Source: an uncultured Bacteroidaceae bacterium
GTDB taxonomy: Bacteria > Bacteroidota > Bacteroidia > Bacteroidales > SM23-62
DNA: 18,375 nucleotides
Assembly (NCBI GenBank): GCA_964540005.1
Contig: CAZILN010000411.1
Location: 1-18,375 of the forward strand
Direction of reading: 5' to 3'
How positions within the stretch are numbered: position 1 is the first letter of the stretch; each line of letters opens with the position of its first letter. A model generated the notes under the pieces. It made no database searches, had not been told where the DNA came from, and saw nothing but the letters and a program-made list of their open reading frames with translations. Made by a program: the position numbers and the translations under genes. Below are positions 15,783 to 18,375 of this stretch, piece by piece.

Positions 15783-18128
15783 ATGATTCCCGATATATTC
15801 AAGACCGCATTCAGGATACTGAAGATTAAAAAGGCCTATTTTTTTATCAATATTCTGGGATTGGCAATCGGAATGGCCAGTACTATTTTTATCATTCTCT
15901 GGGTAGAGGATGAGCTCAGCTATGAAAAGATGCACGATAATGCAGACCGGATCTATATGCTGAATAAAAAGTACAAAATGGGAGACAGGTTTGAAATAAA
16001 CAATGCGCTTCCTTACCCGCTTGCTGCAACTATTGAGGATGAACATCCTGAGATATCCTCTGCAGTGAGGATACAACACAGGAGCGGTGTATTCTTTAAC
16101 GGAGAGGAATACTTCACTGAAAATTCAGTTTGTGCTACTGATCAGGCCTATTTCGATTTATTCAGTTTTGAATTTCTAAGGGGAGACCCGGATAATGTGC
16201 TTGATGATCCCAATTCTATAGTATTGACAGAAAGTTATGCAAAAAAGTTCTTCGGGGATAAAGACCCAATGGGGAAGGTTCTGGTTTATAATAATGAAGA
16301 TCAATTTGTGGTGAAGGCTGTCATAAAGGATATCGCTCGCAATACCTATCTTGATTACGACATCATCATTCCACTGGTGGCTATATATAAACTTTCTGTT
16401 TATGCTGATGTCTGGTATGATCATTTCCTGGAAACATTCATCATGCTGGAACCTGGCAGTGATGACTCCGGTCTGAATGAGATGCTTACAGGGCATATAC
16501 GAAAATACATGACGCAGGACTCCACTATTGAAGTAGTCGTGCAGCCTTTAACAAAGCTGCACCTGTACAACCTGGAAGAAAGGAGTGAGAGGATACAATA
16601 TGTCTATATTTTTTCATTGATCGGTTTGCTCATTATTATTATTGCATCAATTAATTATACAAATATTTCCACTTCATTGTCTTTTAAGCGTTCGGTTGAG
16701 ATCGGTATCAAAAAGGTAGCCGGAGCATCCAGAAGGCAGCTGATGGGACAGTTCATGGCAGAATCGTTTCAACAGACTTTTGCGGCTTTTTTACTGTCAA
16801 TGGCAACAATAGAGTTAGTCCGACCATATTTTAATCAACTTTCAGGAAAGGACATAAATATACCCTACCTGAGTCCATGGTTCATCCTGATAATTTTGGG
16901 ATTATTGATTATCACCACGCTTATGTCAGGCTTTTACCCTGCTGTATATTTGTCATCTCTCAAACCGGTCACCACTGTCAAGCAACGGATCCTATCAGGC
17001 AAAGGCCAGCAATTGCTGAGGGTTGTACTGGTAGTCCTTCAGTTTTCAATCTCCATAGCCCTGATCATTACGACACTTGTGATCTATTCGCAGATGCATT
17101 ATATAATGCACAAGGACCTTGGTTTCAAAAAGGAGAATGTACTGTATTTACGTTATAGGGGGGACATCAGGGAGAATTATGAAGCCTTTCGTGAAGAACT
17201 GGTCCGCTACCCTGATATTATCAATATAGCACGTACCTCCTCTTTGCCTGCATCGGTATGGAACATCGTAAGAGGAGTTAACTGGGAAGGAAGGACCAGT
17301 ACGCACACTGAATCCTTTGCTTTCCTCTCAGTGGATTATGATTTTCTGGAAACAATGGGAATGGAGCTTGAAAAAGGAAGGAACTTTTCTCATGATTTTG
17401 CAAGCGATTCAAATGCAATCATCATTAATCAGAAGGCTATTGAGGTATTGAACTATGAAGAACCTCTTGGTAAGAATTTCCTTTTTGATTCTGCGAGCGG
17501 GAACAGTATCATTGGTGTTGTATATGATTTTCACTCCACACCTCTCAGGTATGAAACAGAACCATTGCTGTTCAACATGTGGTCTGATATGTATACCTAT
17601 ATACTCATACGGATCAGTCCGGGTGATCCCCAGCAGGCAATCAACCATATAGAAGATCTCTGGGGAAAATACAATCCCCAATTCCCCTTCGATTATAACT
17701 TCCTTGACGAAAGGATAGACAGGGAATACCGAAATGAGATCAGAATGGGTAATTTATCCGGAACTTTCTCTCTCCTTGCCATACTTATTACATGCATAGG
17801 CCTGTTAGGCATATCTTCCCATACAACGCAACAGAAGAGCAAGGAAATTGGTGTCAGGAAAGTATTCGGCGCCTCTTTATGGTCCATCCTTTTCAGGTTT
17901 ATATCTATCTATCTGAAATGGATCGTACTATCAAGCCTTATTGCCTGGCCCCTTGCCTGGATATTTATTGAAAACTGGCTGAAGAATTTTGCTTACAGGG
18001 TGGATGTCAGTATTCTGGCGTTCCTGATTGCCAGTGGCGTGTCTCTTGTGGTTTCTCTGCTGACTGTAGCCTATCAATCGATATCAGCAGCGAATAGAAA
18101 TCCTGTTGATACCCTGCGGTATGAGTAA
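15783..18128 (+). CDS. ABC transporter permease, MacB/FtsX-like with two FtsX (4-TM) domains and two large periplasmic domains; no ATPase domain
   Basis: At 781 aa it has an N-terminal TM (FFINILGLAIGMASTIFIILW) and periplasmic MacB-like domains after TM1 and after the first FtsX block. FtsX-type TM clusters occur around aa 280-400 and 650-780 (…GIKKVAGASRRQLMGQFMAESF… / …GVRKVFGASLWSILFRFISIY…). This is the typical Bacteroidota stand-alone permease of this family. Confidence 0.85.
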   Translation: MIPDIFKTAFRILKIKKAYFFINILGLAIGMASTIFIILWVEDELSYEKMHDNADRIYMLNKKYKMGDRFEINNALPYPLAATIEDEHPEISSAVRIQHRSGVFFNGEEYFTENSVCATDQAYFDLFSFEFLRGDPDNVLDDPNSIVLTESYAKKFFGDKDPMGKVLVYNNEDQFVVKAVIKDIARNTYLDYDIIIPLVAIYKLSVYADVWYDHFLETFIMLEPGSDDSGLNEMLTGHIRKYMTQDSTIEVVVQPLTKLHLYNLEERSERIQYVYIFSLIGLLIIIIASINYTNISTSLSFKRSVEIGIKKVAGASRRQLMGQFMAESFQQTFAAFLLSMATIELVRPYFNQLSGKDINIPYLSPWFILIILGLLIITTLMSGFYPAVYLSSLKPVTTVKQRILSGKGQQLLRVVLVVLQFSISIALIITTLVIYSQMHYIMHKDLGFKKENVLYLRYRGDIRENYEAFREELVRYPDIINIARTSSLPASVWNIVRGVNWEGRTSTHTESFAFLSVDYDFLETMGMELEKGRNFSHDFASDSNAIIINQKAIEVLNYEEPLGKNFLFDSASGNSIIGVVYDFHSTPLRYETEPLLFNMWSDMYTYILIRISPGDPQQAINHIEDLWGKYNPQFPFDYNFLDERIDREYRNEIRMGNLSGTFSLLAILITCIGLLGISSHTTQQKSKEIGVRKVFGASLWSILFRFISIYLKWIVLSSLIAWPLAWIFIENWLKNFAYRVDVSILAFLIASGVSLVVSLLTVAYQSISAANRNPVDTLRYE

Positions 18129-18131
18129 GCC

Positions 18132-18197
18132 ATCGGATCGATCGATCCGATGAACCGATCCGATGAACCGATCCGATGAATCGATCCGATGAATCCG
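18132..18197. repeat. Perfect 20-bp palindrome (ATCGGATCGATCGATCCGAT, 3 GATC sites) overlapping 4 tandem copies of a 13-bp unit (Y)CGATCCGATGAA, immediately 3' of the permease stop codon
   Basis: Seen directly in the sequence: the palindrome spans 18132-18151, and tandem units lie at 18142-18154, 18155-18167, 18168-18180 and 18181-18193 with a partial copy to 18197. The 75-aa minus-strand ORF across it is a translation artefact of the repeat. Confidence 0.8.
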
Positions 18198-18375
18198 TTT
18201 CGCGTATATGATGTCGTGCTGCCAATCCTGTCATACCGAATAAACCAGTATCTTAATAACTAAAGTTTCCTAGTATTTAAAGTGTTATATATCAATTAGT
18301 TAAGATTCCTATTTTCGTCTCAAAATATACACCAAGCAATTGTTATACAGCACATTACAACGGTAATAACAGCTC

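Noticed and set aside
18142-18197. Tandem repeat array as a possible CRISPR
   Set aside because: The units are contiguous 13-mers with no spacers, far shorter than CRISPR repeats, and there are no cas genes in the window.
18007-18234. 75-aa minus-strand ORF spanning the 3' end of the permease and the tandem repeat
   Set aside because: The translation is an iterated SDR/IGS peptide produced by reading the 13-bp repeat. It overlaps a confident CDS and is an artefact.

Overview
The window looks like a Bacteroidota-type chromosomal segment: no Shine-Dalgarno signals, signal-peptide-rich secreted enzymes, a SusC-type remnant, a ~780-aa two-FtsX-domain permease and a DUF4143 ATPase. On the plus strand it holds the 3' end of a DegT-family aminotransferase (truncated by the window edge), an NfeD(YqiJ)-flotillin(YqiK) gene pair, a hairpin terminator, and then a secreted DUF2961/GH172-like protein followed 36 bp later by a secreted ~950-aa M16 zinc peptidase. 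The minus strand, read 5'->3', carries a sigma-54-dependent two-component system (an NtrC-like regulator whose stop overlaps the start of a PAS histidine kinase by 11 nt), then a GH32 fructan hydrolase preceded by a candidate sigma-54 -24/-12 promoter, then a convergent N-terminal SusC-like pseudogene fragment on the plus strand, a secreted MBL-fold hydrolase, and a COG1373 AAA-ATPase/PD-(D/E)xK protein. The window ends with an FtsX-type ABC permease, followed by a perfect 20-bp GATC-rich palindrome and four copies of a 13-bp tandem repeat. No rRNA, tRNA or CRISPR was found. The hypotheses most worth testing are: (i) a sigma-54/enhancer-binding-protein two-component system wired to a GH32 fructanase; (ii) a degraded polysaccharide-utilisation locus; (iii) co-localisation of GH32 with a GH172-like protein plus M16 peptidase; (iv) the repeat structures flanking the permease. 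All family assignments rest on motif recognition by eye and need HMM or BLAST confirmation.
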